The notes beneath the pieces were generated by a model. It saw only the letters and a list, made by a program, of their open reading frames with translations. It was not told the DNA's origin and did not search any database. Below are positions 9,685 through 19,026 of a DNA stretch of 64,000 nucleotides, in pieces; positions within the stretch are counted from its first letter, which is position 1, and every line of letters begins with the position of its first letter. Source of the DNA: an uncultured Ardenticatenaceae bacterium (lineage in GTDB: Bacteria > Chloroflexota > Anaerolineae > Promineifilales > Promineifilaceae); the NCBI GenBank assembly GCA_964410625.1, contig CAYPHY010000009.1, forward strand, positions 48,992-112,991, given 5' to 3'. Both the position numbers and the translations under genes were made by a program.

Positions 9685-10254
9685 TCACTCTACTGGGTGC
9701 AGATTCCGGGCTAAAAATAGGTGATCAAACAAGCCGATGATGATCAAACTGATACCGGTGGTTAACCAAACGACAAAACCCGCTCGCAGGAAGGGAGTTG
9801 CTGGCGGAACAAGCAGCACAAGAGTGAAATCTAATGCGAAGACCAGCAGCGCGGCCGCCAGATAATGCCAACGATACGGCCGTCCCAGTTTCAAAAAGAG
9901 CAGCAAGATTCCGGCAGCAACGACAAGCGGCGCGATAAAAATGGGCGGGTGAAGCGTGCGATCAATCAAGAAGGAAGTCAACGCTGCGGCAAAGAGAATG
10001 CCAAATCGCCATAGCTCCACTTGTACATTAGCTGGCTGCTGCACATGACCGTACTGTTTGGTGTAGTAAGTCCCACTCCACCAAAAGAGAGCCAATGCCA
10101 GTGGTATGCCAACGATCAGTAAGGACAGGGTGGGGATTAGAGCGGCGTCTTCGGCCGCGACCAACAAACATAGCCCTCCCCAGCATACCCAGCGCAACCC
10201 TTGTAGGTTAAGATAGTTTTCCGTTACATAGCGCATCCGTCTCAGGTCTTGCAT
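9685..10254 (-). CDS. Integral membrane protein (about 6 TM), paralog of 9009-9638
   Basis: 189-aa hydrophobic ORF in the same orientation and probably the same operon as 9009-9638 and the wHTH regulator. Confidence 0.65.
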   Translation of the reverse strand: MQDLRRMRYVTENYLNLQGLRWVCWGGLCLLVAAEDAALIPTLSLLIVGIPLALALFWWSGTYYTKQYGHVQQPANVQVELWRFGILFAAALTSFLIDRTLHPPIFIAPLVVAAGILLLFLKLGRPYRWHYLAAALLVFALDFTLVLLVPPATPFLRAGFVVWLTTGISLIIIGLFDHLFLARNLHPVE

Positions 10255-10279
10255 TTTAATCTCTCCTTTTCTGGAAACT

Positions 10280-10357
10280 GGTTTGCATTACAAACCATAT
10301 ACCGCACATTATAGAAGGAATGATAGTTTTTGTCAAGAACCGGTTTGCAGCACAAAC
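10280..10357 (-). promoter_or_regulatory. Two copies of the palindrome GGTTTGCA-N-ACAAAC(C) upstream of the membrane-protein/wHTH operon (candidate operators)
   Basis: GGTTTGCATTACAAACC at 10280-10296 and GGTTTGCAGCACAAAC at 10342-10357, 62 nt apart. They lie 26-100 nt upstream of the start at 10254. Confidence 0.35.
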
Positions 10358-10414
10358 TTATGGATAATGTAATTTATGGTGGGCAATATAAAAGTTGACT
10401 CTGAGGAAAACGTG

Positions 10415-10828
10415 CTACTTCTTACTAACCTCAAACACGTTTGCTGACCGAAAGAAACACACATCAAATTCAGCGAAAAAATTCATCTGACCCAGAATCA
10501 AAGGAACTTGCTCAGCGTTAGTCCAAGCAAATGCAAGGCGTACGGGCTTAAACGGAGCAATGGTCGCTGTTAAGATAATCCCCCGTGCTTCAAAATGCGC
10601 CAAGTTGCCAGACAATTGAAGAGAGTATTGCTGTTGTTCCCAAACTGCGCCTAATTCAAGTCCAAGACGAAATGGAAGAACGCTAACGTCGGCTCCTGAA
10701 TCTAATAAGCCGGACACTGTTCGAGATTGATTCTGATATTGAAGTGTTAAGGGGAGTTGAGGTCGAAGGACAACTTCGCTATTCGGCTTTTGAATAGGAA
10801 CGTAAGGAAATTGAAGACGGTCAGCCAT
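10415..10828 (-). CDS. Retropepsin-like (clan AA) aspartic protease domain protein
   Basis: LLDSGADVSVLP contains the D-S-G-A active-site signature. I place the start at the ATG at 10828 (MADRLQFPY...), which overlaps the upstream ORF stop by 8 nt (ATGGCTGA). The gene is low-GC and has no CGGCCG. Confidence 0.7.
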   Translation of the reverse strand: MADRLQFPYVPIQKPNSEVVLRPQLPLTLQYQNQSRTVSGLLDSGADVSVLPFRLGLELGAVWEQQQYSLQLSGNLAHFEARGIILTATIAPFKPVRLAFAWTNAEQVPLILGQMNFFAEFDVCFFRSANVFEVSKK

Positions 10829-11033
10829 CTTTTGCCTTTTCATCATTAAGCATTTGCCACAGTGTTTGGGCAGCTTCTGGCGCATCGTATGGTGACCAAA
10901 CCTCATAAGTTGTTCCAGGTGTGAAGAAAGCTTCACTATCGAGCGCAAGGTCGTTGAGCAAAACTTGCATCACTCGCAGTTTGTCAACACGACTTAGCTT
11001 GTGTAGTGTCTTAAGAAGTTCAACTGAGACCAT
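10821..11033 (-). CDS. Small helical protein, partner of the retropepsin-like protease (antitoxin-like)
   Basis: 70-aa ORF, MVSVELLKTLHKLSRVDKLRVMQVLLNDLA..., translationally coupled to 10415-10828. Confidence 0.55.
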   Translation of the reverse strand: MVSVELLKTLHKLSRVDKLRVMQVLLNDLALDSEAFFTPGTTYEVWSPYDAPEAAQTLWQMLNDEKAKDG

Positions 11034-11168
11034 AGTTCCTCGCCCTCAGGATAGGAGGCTTACTTATGAATGATGTCATTCCGCTAGCCAGATTTCTGCA
11101 ACAGCTATGTGTCTAATTATATCACTAAATCGCCGCTTCTTCTCGTTTCGTATGATAGTCGCTATGAA

Positions 11169-12974
11169 TTATAAACGCGCACGTTTGACGCGTGTGTTGA
11201 TTTGTTGCAGAAGTGCGTCACGCACGGCCGTTCGCTCTTTTTCCCCCAAGCCCAACAACTCAAAAACAAGCTCATCCATCTCCCGGCGGTCGGGTTGGGC
11301 CAGTTCATAGCTCACCTCGCGCAACGGCCGTTCTGCCAGTCGGGCGAAGCTTTCCCCTAATGCGGCCGTTTGCTCTGACGTAAGTTGGCGCGGGTCGGGC
11401 AGGTACATATCCTCCAGTTCGTAGGAAGCTAACCACAGAACCCCTTCGCCAAAGTTGACCCGCCCCTGTAACTCACATTGTAGGGCAAACCAGGCACTAT
11501 TCAGCAAGGCCGCGGCCGCCAGCAAGGGGACATCGTTAGCGAGGTAAATCCCATATAATTGCTGGTCAATCAACAGAGGGGTGTCGAGTAAGGGAACAAA
11601 GTGGCGCTGCCAGATGCCTTTGGGCAGCACGAGATCGGCCGTTGCTTGCTCCGCTAACCCATACCAGGGACGGCGACCGGCACAGGTGCGTCGTCGGTCA
11701 ACTCCCTGCTGTTCGCCCCAGGCCAGGTAATTGGCTACGGCCGTGCCATGTAATTCAGCATCGGGCGGGATGACGAGGAGTTCGTGACCGCTGTGATGGG
11801 AGTGCAGGCGCAGATGTTCCACGTGGCGCAGCGACTTGAGCGCCGGTTGCCGGAAGGCAGGTTCGATGCCCCACCGTTCAATTGTTGCTTGATCCAGATA
11901 GAAGAAGGCGTTGGCCCCGGTGGTGAAGCCACGGCTAATGGTTGCCCAGCGCTTGAGCGGAACGAGCGCGGCCGTTTCCGCGCGACGCAAATGGAGATAA
12001 ACAGCCGGGGCGCGTAGTTTCGCTCCCCAGCGTTCACCGGCCGCCAACTCATCCTGACGCTGGACGCGCACGATGGCCGCTTCCGTTTGGCGGTCGTTTG
12101 CGGGGAGCAAGCGGCTGATCAGGCGCTCGACCGCGCCCACCCGCCGTTCATCAGCGGCCGTGTCGCCGAGCAACAGTTGTAGCGGCGCGGTCAATTGCAC
12201 CAATCGCACCAGGTTGTTGTTTCGCGCGGCCAGGTTGCTGCATTTTTCGAGGACAACCAGACAGGTGTTGACCCGCGCATCATCGAACCAGCGTTCAACC
12301 TTCGATTCAATGATGGCAACCAGGCGGAAATGATCAAGCAAGAACTGTTTCAGCGGTTGTCCATAGGCAACGTCGAGCCAACCATTAGGGACGATGAACC
12401 CCAATCGGCCGTTCTCGCGCAAGAAGGCCGCGCTATGCAGAAAGAAATAGGCATGTAGCCCGGCACGGCCGCCGAGCAACGCCTGCCAGGATGCGGGAAC
12501 CAGCGGCCGTCGTTCTGCCGCTGGAGAGGCTTCATGGGTAGGGAGGGTGAGTTGTTGCGCGGTCGTGGGGTCGAGGCGGCCGATCCATTCGGCGCGGGTA
12601 TAGGGTGGGTTGCCGATGATTGCGTCAAACGGGGGTAGGGCAGCGGCTTGCAGCGTGAAGAAGTTGGCCGGGATAATCTGGGCATGTGGCAGGTGGGTTT
12701 GGGCAGTTGCTGCCACTTGCGGGTCTAACTCAACGCCCGTCAACTGTTCCGCAGCTAGACCGGTTGGCGCGGAGGAGAGCCATTGTTGCCATTGAGTAGC
12801 CCGTTGTAACAACGCTCCCATGCCACAACTGGGATCAAGCACGCGCCCGACCGCTCCACGGAGGCAAAAACCGAGCAAAAGGTCAGCGACATGGGTTGGC
12901 GTCGCATATTGGCCCCAGGTGCGTTGCTTGTTGGTCACGGGTATAATGATGACACAGTCTTGAAAAGACAACAA
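11169..12974 (-). CDS. Gamma-class N6-adenine DNA methyltransferase (Eco57I/TaqI-like) with a large C-terminal specificity-like region; orphan
   Basis: Motif I VLDPSCGMGALL and motif IV IIGNPPYTR. 601 aa with no nuclease motif recognised and no adjacent restriction gene. The start codon is uncertain. Confidence 0.85.
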   Translation of the reverse strand: MLSFQDCVIIIPVTNKQRTWGQYATPTHVADLLLGFCLRGAVGRVLDPSCGMGALLQRATQWQQWLSSAPTGLAAEQLTGVELDPQVAATAQTHLPHAQIIPANFFTLQAAALPPFDAIIGNPPYTRAEWIGRLDPTTAQQLTLPTHEASPAAERRPLVPASWQALLGGRAGLHAYFFLHSAAFLRENGRLGFIVPNGWLDVAYGQPLKQFLLDHFRLVAIIESKVERWFDDARVNTCLVVLEKCSNLAARNNNLVRLVQLTAPLQLLLGDTAADERRVGAVERLISRLLPANDRQTEAAIVRVQRQDELAAGERWGAKLRAPAVYLHLRRAETAALVPLKRWATISRGFTTGANAFFYLDQATIERWGIEPAFRQPALKSLRHVEHLRLHSHHSGHELLVIPPDAELHGTAVANYLAWGEQQGVDRRRTCAGRRPWYGLAEQATADLVLPKGIWQRHFVPLLDTPLLIDQQLYGIYLANDVPLLAAAALLNSAWFALQCELQGRVNFGEGVLWLASYELEDMYLPDPRQLTSEQTAALGESFARLAERPLREVSYELAQPDRREMDELVFELLGLGEKERTAVRDALLQQINTRVKRARL

Positions 12975-13105
12975 CGGGAAGCTACAACAGATTAGGATTT
13001 ATGCATCGAATTAACACGAATTAACGCGAATGTTCACCTTGTTTTCGTCGAAAAAATGCGCTAATCCGTTTGTTTGCTCATCCGTTGTAGTCAGCGAGAA
13101 AACAA

Positions 13106-13573
13106 ATGGCGGCCGACAAAATCTTATCCCAGAAACAGTTCTTACACACCCTGCCGGATGCAACTACTCCCCATTTGCCTCTGGAACTACAAGGGATTCA
13201 AGTGCGGCGACCGTGGCAATGGCTGATACAGCTACACTACGGCGACCCCAGCCTGCACTTTGAAGTTTCCCATGTCTCGCGGCTCAATGGCTGGGAGTTG
13301 GGTTTCCACTGCGAGTCACGCGATCACCAGCTAAATTATATCCTTCTGAAGGGATTTCAAGCGCATCTGGTGGAAATCAAAGATACGCTCGGTGATCAAA
13401 TAGAGGCGGAGATGTGGGACAAGGGCTGGACGAAGATATATGAAGTTTACCCAGGGAAAACAATGACAACGGAGTATCAGGCCAATGTCGGCCGTCGCCT
13501 GGCGGAAATCATTTGTTGCTTGCAGCCGATCTTTGCGGAGTTGAGGAGCGAGACTGAGAGACTGAGAGATTAG
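13106..13573 (+). CDS. Hypothetical protein
   Basis: 155-aa ORF with an ATG start and no recognisable motif. Its last 8 codons (SETERLRD) lie in one arm of the palindromic repeat at 13547-13612. Confidence 0.5.
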   Translation: MAADKILSQKQFLHTLPDATTPHLPLELQGIQVRRPWQWLIQLHYGDPSLHFEVSHVSRLNGWELGFHCESRDHQLNYILLKGFQAHLVEIKDTLGDQIEAEMWDKGWTKIYEVYPGKTMTTEYQANVGRRLAEIICCLQPIFAELRSETERLRD

Positions 13574-13612
13574 GAGATTATAGTCGCTCAGTCTCCCAGT
13601 CGCTCACTCTCT
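13547..13612. repeat. Octamer-word inverted repeat (GAGACTGA/GAGATTAG family) shared by two convergent gene ends
   Basis: The left arm is gagcgagactgagagactgagag. The reverse complement of the right arm is gagcgactgggagactgagcgac. A related copy sits inside leuS at 36433-36479, and a related array lies at 26808-26853. Confidence 0.8.
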
Positions 13613-15021
13613 TGCTCTTTCCACACCACATCCCCAACCAGCACTAACTCTTCACCAAATGCTTGATAATGGATGTGGTGAAGTTGGGGGAGGGGCAGCG
13701 TGTTTAGCCGCCCGTTGTTCTGGATGGCGGGAAGGCCGCCCATCAGTCGCGGGGCGATGGTTACAATCAGGCGGTCAACCAGGTGTTGGGTCAGGAAGCT
13801 GGTGATCACCGCCGAACCCCCCTCGACCATTAGATTGATGATCCCTTGTTGCGTGAGCAATTGCAGCATCGCTCGTAGGTCAACTTGCCCTTGAAGCGTA
13901 GCTGGCAGGCGAAAGACATGCGCACCCGCCGCTTCCAACTCTAGTTGGCGTTGGGGGTCGGCCGCTTCCGTGGTCATAATCCACGGCCGGTGGCTGGGGT
14001 GGTGCAGCAATCTGGTCTTCAAAGGAAAGCGGAGCTGGCTATCAACAACGACCGGCTGCGGGTTCGCGCCTTCAACCAGGCGCACCGTCAACTGCGGATC
14101 ATCTACCAACACCGTGCCAATGCCAACCAGGATTGCATCATGGGCAGCGCGAAGCTGGTGGGTCAGTCGCAACGTCTCCGGGCCGCTAATCGCCGTCTGC
14201 TGCCCTTTCCCGGCCGTGATCGAACCATCCAGGCTTTGGGCATAGCTCAGCGTGACAAAGGGGCGGTTGCTGGCCGACGCTTTTTGCTGCTCCCCCCCGG
14301 CTACTTCCGTACGCTCTGAAACGCCCAGACTGAAGCGATTAAAATTGAGTAGGTGGTGCATCCGGCGCATTTTGGCATTGAGGTAGGCGATATTTTCCGG
14401 GTTGGCGGCCGTTTGCAACGGAACACGCGCGGTGATCGTCAGTCCAGCTTGTTGCAATCCTTCGATCTTATCCGGGTTGTTGGTCAACAGGCGTAATGAG
14501 GAAATGCCGAGATCGCGCAGGATGAGCGCGGCCACCGTATAGTCGCGAGCGTCCGGCTCGTGACCGAGTATCAAATTCGCGTCAACCGTATCATAGCCCA
14601 TGTCTTGCAAGTTATAGGCCCGCAACTTGTCCAGCAGGCCGATTCCCCGCCCTTCCTGGCGCAGATAGACGATGATCCCCTGTCCTTCGGCGGCAATCAG
14701 GCGCATCGCCGCCGCTAATTGCGGGCCGCAGTCACAACGCAACGAGCCTAATACATCACCGGTGAAACACTCGGAATGGACACGCACCAGGATGTTGGCC
14801 GGTGTGGATCCATTGGGCGATGGGGATGTTCCTACTTCCGCAAGGGGCATAGCCCCCGGCATATCGCCCGGCAACCCGCCGACGATCAGCGCCAGATGTT
14901 CCTTATCATCCTGATTGTTGGTGTATAGGCAAAGCTGGAACTCACCCACGTCGGTGGGGATGCGAGCGCAAGTCATCCGTTGCACAGTGAAAGCGTCCAT
15001 AGGACGGGAAGGCTCAGCCAT
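13588..15021 (-). CDS. ribA: Fusion protein: GTP cyclohydrolase II (RibA) + RibD-C-terminal-type pyrimidine reductase domain
   Basis: The N-terminal half has [22 protein letters not shown] (zinc cysteines) and [31 protein letters not shown]. The C-terminal half has [17 protein letters not shown] and [14 protein letters not shown] place the start at the ATG at 15021, overlapping the upstream stop by 8 nt. Confidence 0.9.
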   Translation of the reverse strand: MAEPSRPMDAFTVQRMTCARIPTDVGEFQLCLYTNNQDDKEHLALIVGGLPGDMPGAMPLAEVGTSPSPNGSTPANILVRVHSECFTGDVLGSLRCDCGPQLAAAMRLIAAEGQGIIVYLRQEGRGIGLLDKLRAYNLQDMGYDTVDANLILGHEPDARDYTVAALILRDLGISSLRLLTNNPDKIEGLQQAGLTITARVPLQTAANPENIAYLNAKMRRMHHLLNFNRFSLGVSERTEVAGGEQQKASASNRPFVTLSYAQSLDGSITAGKGQQTAISGPETLRLTHQLRAAHDAILVGIGTVLVDDPQLTVRLVEGANPQPVVVDSQLRFPLKTRLLHHPSHRPWIMTTEAADPQRQLELEAAGAHVFRLPATLQGQVDLRAMLQLLTQQGIINLMVEGGSAVITSFLTQHLVDRLIVTIAPRLMGGLPAIQNNGRLNTLPLPQLHHIHYQAFGEELVLVGDVVWKEQESERLGD

Positions 15022-15799
15022 GGGCTTGGGCAAACTCAGATGTTTGGGTAAAGCCGCGTGCCTGCCAGGCGGCATAAAGCAAGATCGAACCAGCCACGGC
15101 CGCATTCAGTGATTCGATCCGGCCGCGCATCGGCAGATAAACCAGAAAATCGCAGCGTTCGCGCACCAACCGCCGTAACCCCTCCCCCTCGTGGCCGACG
15201 ACAATGGCCAGCGGTAGATTTAGGTCTACTTCAGGCAGCGGCCGTGCGCTCTCCTGCAGATCAAGACCAGCCACCCACACCTCTGCCTCTTGCAATTGGC
15301 GAATCGTTTGCGCCAGGTTCGTCACCTGAGCGATCAACAGATGCTCAGAGGCTCCCACTGAATATTGAACAACGGCCGGGGTGATCTCCGGCGCACGCCG
15401 GTCCTGGACGATGACTCCATGCACGCCACACGCTTCGGCCGTGCGCAGCAGCGTGCCGATGTTTTGTGGGCCATGCAGTAAATCGAGGATGAGCAGAAAA
15501 GGGGGTTCCTGGCGTTCGGCCGCCAACGCCAACATCGCTTGAATATCACTATAGGGATAGGGATCAACTTCGGCCAACACGCCCTGATGTTTTGGGTCGG
15601 CGGCGAACTTTTGCGCCAACTGGTTCAGTTGTTGTTTGTCGGCCGCGTTTACCCTTACGCCACGTGCTCGTGCCTCTTTGATAATCACTGTCTGCAGCGG
15701 GTCTTTCTTATCCTTCTGGTACCACAGTTGGTGAACCAGACGACGCCCAGCACGCAGCGCTTCGAGGACAGGATGGTGGCGTGTCAGATATTCAGCCAT
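15014..15799 (-). CDS. SpoU/TrmH-family RNA 2'-O-methyltransferase (RlmB-like)
   Basis: N-terminal substrate-binding domain plus the SPOUT C-terminus: [55 protein letters not shown]. Confidence 0.85.
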   Translation of the reverse strand: MAEYLTRHHPVLEALRAGRRLVHQLWYQKDKKDPLQTVIIKEARARGVRVNAADKQQLNQLAQKFAADPKHQGVLAEVDPYPYSDIQAMLALAAERQEPPFLLILDLLHGPQNIGTLLRTAEACGVHGVIVQDRRAPEITPAVVQYSVGASEHLLIAQVTNLAQTIRQLQEAEVWVAGLDLQESARPLPEVDLNLPLAIVVGHEGEGLRRLVRERCDFLVYLPMRGRIESLNAAVAGSILLYAAWQARGFTQTSEFAQAHG

Positions 15800-15824
15800 T
15801 ACTATGTTTTACCACAAAGCCACG

Positions 15825-15915
15825 GAGTGAATAGTGGTTAGTGGCGAGTGGATAGTGGAGAGTAATTTATTGCTAATCTCTAGCGCCTAATCACTGTCCA
15901 CTACCCTACTAATCA
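15825..15915. repeat. Heptamer-array inverted repeat (NAGTGGN family)
   Basis: Left half: gagtgaa tagtggt tagtggc gagtgga tagtgga gagtaat. Right half: taatcac tgtccac ..., the complement of GTGNNNA words. It lies between the rlmB-like start and the cysS stop. Confidence 0.7.
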
Positions 15916-15921
15916 CTCGTA

Positions 15922-17364
15922 TCAGGCTAATTTCCAGGTTGTACCGTCGGCGCGATCTTCGAGGACGATGCCGAGTTCTTTGAGCTGATCACGGATACGG
16001 TCAGAAGTCGCCCAATCTTTGTTGTTGCGGGCCTGGGCGCGTAGTTCGATGAGTAAGCGTACCAGCCCATCTTCGCGCTCGGCACTGGCCCCGCTCTCCA
16101 TCTGGTCGGGGATGATGCCCAGGACTTCCCCGCCTAGCTCGCGGTAGAGGGCGTCAATTGCCTGGAGCGTGTCCTGGGTCAGCGGCCGATCCTCATTTAG
16201 CAAGGCATTTACCCGGCGGGTGAACTCTTGCAGGACGGCCAATGCGGCCGGGGCGTTAAAATCATCATCCATCTTCTCAATGAACTCCGCCCGTGCCTCT
16301 TCAATGAGTTTCGCCACTTCTTCGTCAACGCCCCCTGCCGGTGCGCGGCGTATGCGGTCACGCACCAGGCTGACGGCACCCCAGATGCGTTGCCATCCTT
16401 TGTGCGCTGCCTCGACTGCTTCATCGGAGAAATCAATCGGATTGCTGTAGTGACTGGACAAAATGAAAGTACGAACCGCCTCCGGCTTCCAACGCTCCAA
16501 CGCCTCCATAATGGTCATCGTATTGCCCAGGCTCTTGCTCATCTTGATCCCATCCAGCGTCAGCGAACCGGTCAGCATCCAGTAGCGGGCAAAGGTGGCA
16601 TCGTGGGCGGCCTCGCTTTGGGCGATCTCACATTCATTGTGGGGGAAGATGTTGTCAATGCCGCCACCATGAATGTCAAACGTTTCGCCCAGATATTTGG
16701 CGGCCATCGCCGAGCATTCGATGTGCCAGCCAGGGAAGCCTTCGCCCCAGGGGCTGGGCCAGCGCAAAATGTGTTCCGGCTCCGCCTTTTTCCAGAGGGC
16801 AAAGTCGGCCGGGTGGTTCTTTTCTTCACGCACCGCCACCCGCGCCCCTTCTTCGAGGTCTTCGATGACACGGCCGCTCAACTTGCCATACTCCGGGAAA
16901 GAGGAAACATCAAAATAGACTGAGCCATCCACCACATAGGCGTGTTCTTCGGCAATCAGCTTTTCGATCATCGCGATCTGTTCAGGCACGTGGGCGCTGG
17001 CGCGGGGGCTGATGTCCGGCCGTTGCACCCCCAACGCATCCATATCGGTGAAATATTGGCGGGTGTAGGTCTCGACCACTTGCATCGGCTTGGCCGACAT
17101 CTGCCGCGCTTTCCTCAGGATGCGATCTTCGCCGGTGTCGAGCATGTGGCCGACATCGGTGATATTTTGGACATACAGCACATCATAGCCGCGATAGCGC
17201 AGATAGCGGACGATGACATCAAAGCTGACATAGGTTTTCGCATGACCAAGATGGCTATAGTCATAGACCGTTGGCCCGCAGACGTAGATGTTGACTTTCC
17301 CTTCCGTCAGCGGCACAAACTCTTCTTTTTGTCGTGTTAATACGTTGTAGATTTTCAATGACAT
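15922..17364 (-). CDS. cysS: Cysteine--tRNA ligase
   Basis: Class I signatures: [17 protein letters not shown] (HIGH-type) and KMSKSLGN. 480 aa, full length. Confidence 0.95.
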   Translation of the reverse strand: MSLKIYNVLTRQKEEFVPLTEGKVNIYVCGPTVYDYSHLGHAKTYVSFDVIVRYLRYRGYDVLYVQNITDVGHMLDTGEDRILRKARQMSAKPMQVVETYTRQYFTDMDALGVQRPDISPRASAHVPEQIAMIEKLIAEEHAYVVDGSVYFDVSSFPEYGKLSGRVIEDLEEGARVAVREEKNHPADFALWKKAEPEHILRWPSPWGEGFPGWHIECSAMAAKYLGETFDIHGGGIDNIFPHNECEIAQSEAAHDATFARYWMLTGSLTLDGIKMSKSLGNTMTIMEALERWKPEAVRTFILSSHYSNPIDFSDEAVEAAHKGWQRIWGAVSLVRDRIRRAPAGGVDEEVAKLIEEARAEFIEKMDDDFNAPAALAVLQEFTRRVNALLNEDRPLTQDTLQAIDALYRELGGEVLGIIPDQMESGASAEREDGLVRLLIELRAQARNNKDWATSDRIRDQLKELGIVLEDRADGTTWKLA

Positions 17365-17380
17365 ATGAACTCCGAAGAAA

Positions 17381-17450
17381 GGATGAGGGATGAAGGCTGA
17401 AGGATGATTTATATTTCCTTCCCTCCCTCAGCCCTCATCCTTCATCCTTA
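17381..17450. repeat. Heptamer-array hairpin (GGATGAR family)
   Basis: ggatgag ggatgaa ggctgaa ggatgat, loop ttatatt, then tccttcc ctccctc agccctc atccttc atcctta. It lies between the cysS start and the PIN-TRAM stop. One-armed copies of the same words occur at 31930-31962 and 32362-32390. Confidence 0.8.
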
Positions 17451-17452
17451 TT

Positions 17453-18526
17453 TTAGAGCTTTGCAAAAATCATCCGCCCGGCCGTTGTTTGCAACACTTT
17501 GGTAACGATCACATTTTCGGTACGACTGATCATTTTGACGCCGTCCTCAACGACCACCATCGTTCCATCTTCCAGATAACCAACCCCCTGTCCATACTCC
17601 TTGCCTTCCTGGATAATCTTGACGGTGAGTTCCTCGCCGGGTAGATAGGCAACCTTCACCGCGTTGGCAAGGTCGTTGATGTTCAAAACTGTAATCCCTT
17701 GTAATTCGGCCACCCGGTTGAGGTTGTAGTCGTTGGTCATAATTGGACAACTGAGGCGACGCGCAAGGATGACCAGTTTGCTATCGGCATCGCGCTCGTG
17801 GGGAATGTCTTCATCGGAAAAGCGAATTGGCACGGCCGAATTATTCTGCAAGATACCCAACACCTCTAGTCCGCGACGGCCGCGATTACGGCGCAGACTG
17901 TCGGCACTGTCGGCGATATGCTGTAGCTCTTTGAGGATGAAGTTGGGGACGACCAGCGTGCCGCGAATGAAGCCAGTGCGGCTGATGTCGGTGATGCGGC
18001 CGTCAATAATCACACTGGTATCGAGCAAGATGAGATTTTCAGCCACGGGGGCTGGCTCTTTTACCTCTTTATCCCGTTCCCGGCTGCCGGGCCGTAATGA
18101 GCCAACAAAGTTTTGCAAATCTTTATAGCGCGTCATCAGCAGGGCGGCACTGAGGTAGCACAGCCCTAACGCCGAGGCGAGCGGCAGCACTTCCCGAAAA
18201 GGGGAGGGTAGCTGCGATAGGGGGATGGAGAAGAGCGCGGCGGCGATTAATCCCAGAAAAATACCGATGATCAGCGGCACCAGGCGGTCCGGCGGCATGA
18301 TTGAAAGTGATTGACGAATACGGCCGATCGGCCGGATGGTCAACATTGGCGTAAAGGCAAAGCCGATCAACGCGCCCAGAATGCCAAAGGCAATGATGTA
18401 ATAAATGGGATCAATGGCCCAGGTCCCAGCCAGCATGGCCGACACCTGGTTGCCGATGACTGCCAGAATACCTGCACCCAGAATGGCGCCAATAATACGT
18501 GCTAATAATTCGGTTCGACTGTTCAT
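17453..18526 (-). CDS. Membrane-anchored PIN + TRAM domain protein (YacL-like)
   Basis: Four N-terminal TM helices, a PIN domain (LILLDTSVIIDGRI...VPNFILKELQHIADS) and a C-terminal TRAM-like beta domain (GEELTVKIIQEGKEYGQGVGYLEDGTMVVV). Confidence 0.85.
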   Translation of the reverse strand: MNSRTELLARIIGAILGAGILAVIGNQVSAMLAGTWAIDPIYYIIAFGILGALIGFAFTPMLTIRPIGRIRQSLSIMPPDRLVPLIIGIFLGLIAAALFSIPLSQLPSPFREVLPLASALGLCYLSAALLMTRYKDLQNFVGSLRPGSRERDKEVKEPAPVAENLILLDTSVIIDGRITDISRTGFIRGTLVVPNFILKELQHIADSADSLRRNRGRRGLEVLGILQNNSAVPIRFSDEDIPHERDADSKLVILARRLSCPIMTNDYNLNRVAELQGITVLNINDLANAVKVAYLPGEELTVKIIQEGKEYGQGVGYLEDGTMVVVEDGVKMISRTENVIVTKVLQTTAGRMIFAKL

Positions 18527-19026
18527 ACTTCCCTATTGTGGAGAAGCCTGGAAACAAAAAAGTGAACGTACTTCCCCGCACGTTCACCACTGTGATCACC
18601 TTGATCCGCGAACATCCACCAAAACCGGCCACAGTTGTTTACTGGTCTATATCTCTACTATTTATAGAGGTTGACGGTAGGCGGCCGGGCGGGTTTTGGT
18701 TGTTAATCGCGCATATCCATGAGCGGCTTTTTCAATAAGGCTACCCCGGAGCACAAGCAAGACGGCCGTTTGCTTCTGGAATCAAGATAAGATCGAAAAT
18801 GATGAACGTACATGATAATAAATGAAATAATGATAATAAGAAATGTTAGCACAGCGAAGGAGTATCAGCAACCACAGGAAATAGGAAAATCACGCCATGA
18901 AAAAGGTTCTTAGGAATGTATCCACTGCATATTGCGAACCGTTTGAGCGCTAGTTAGAATAACCTAGGAATATTCATGTTTTTGTGCATAGCGTCCTGGC
19001 TTGAGCTTCAAACTAAGGAAAATAGA

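Noticed and set aside
10821-15021. The identical 8-nt overlap ATGGCTGA at two unrelated gene junctions (10821-10828 and 15014-15021).
   Set aside because: A short stop/start overlap of the ATG-N-TGA type is common in translational coupling, and two identical occurrences are most simply coincidence.
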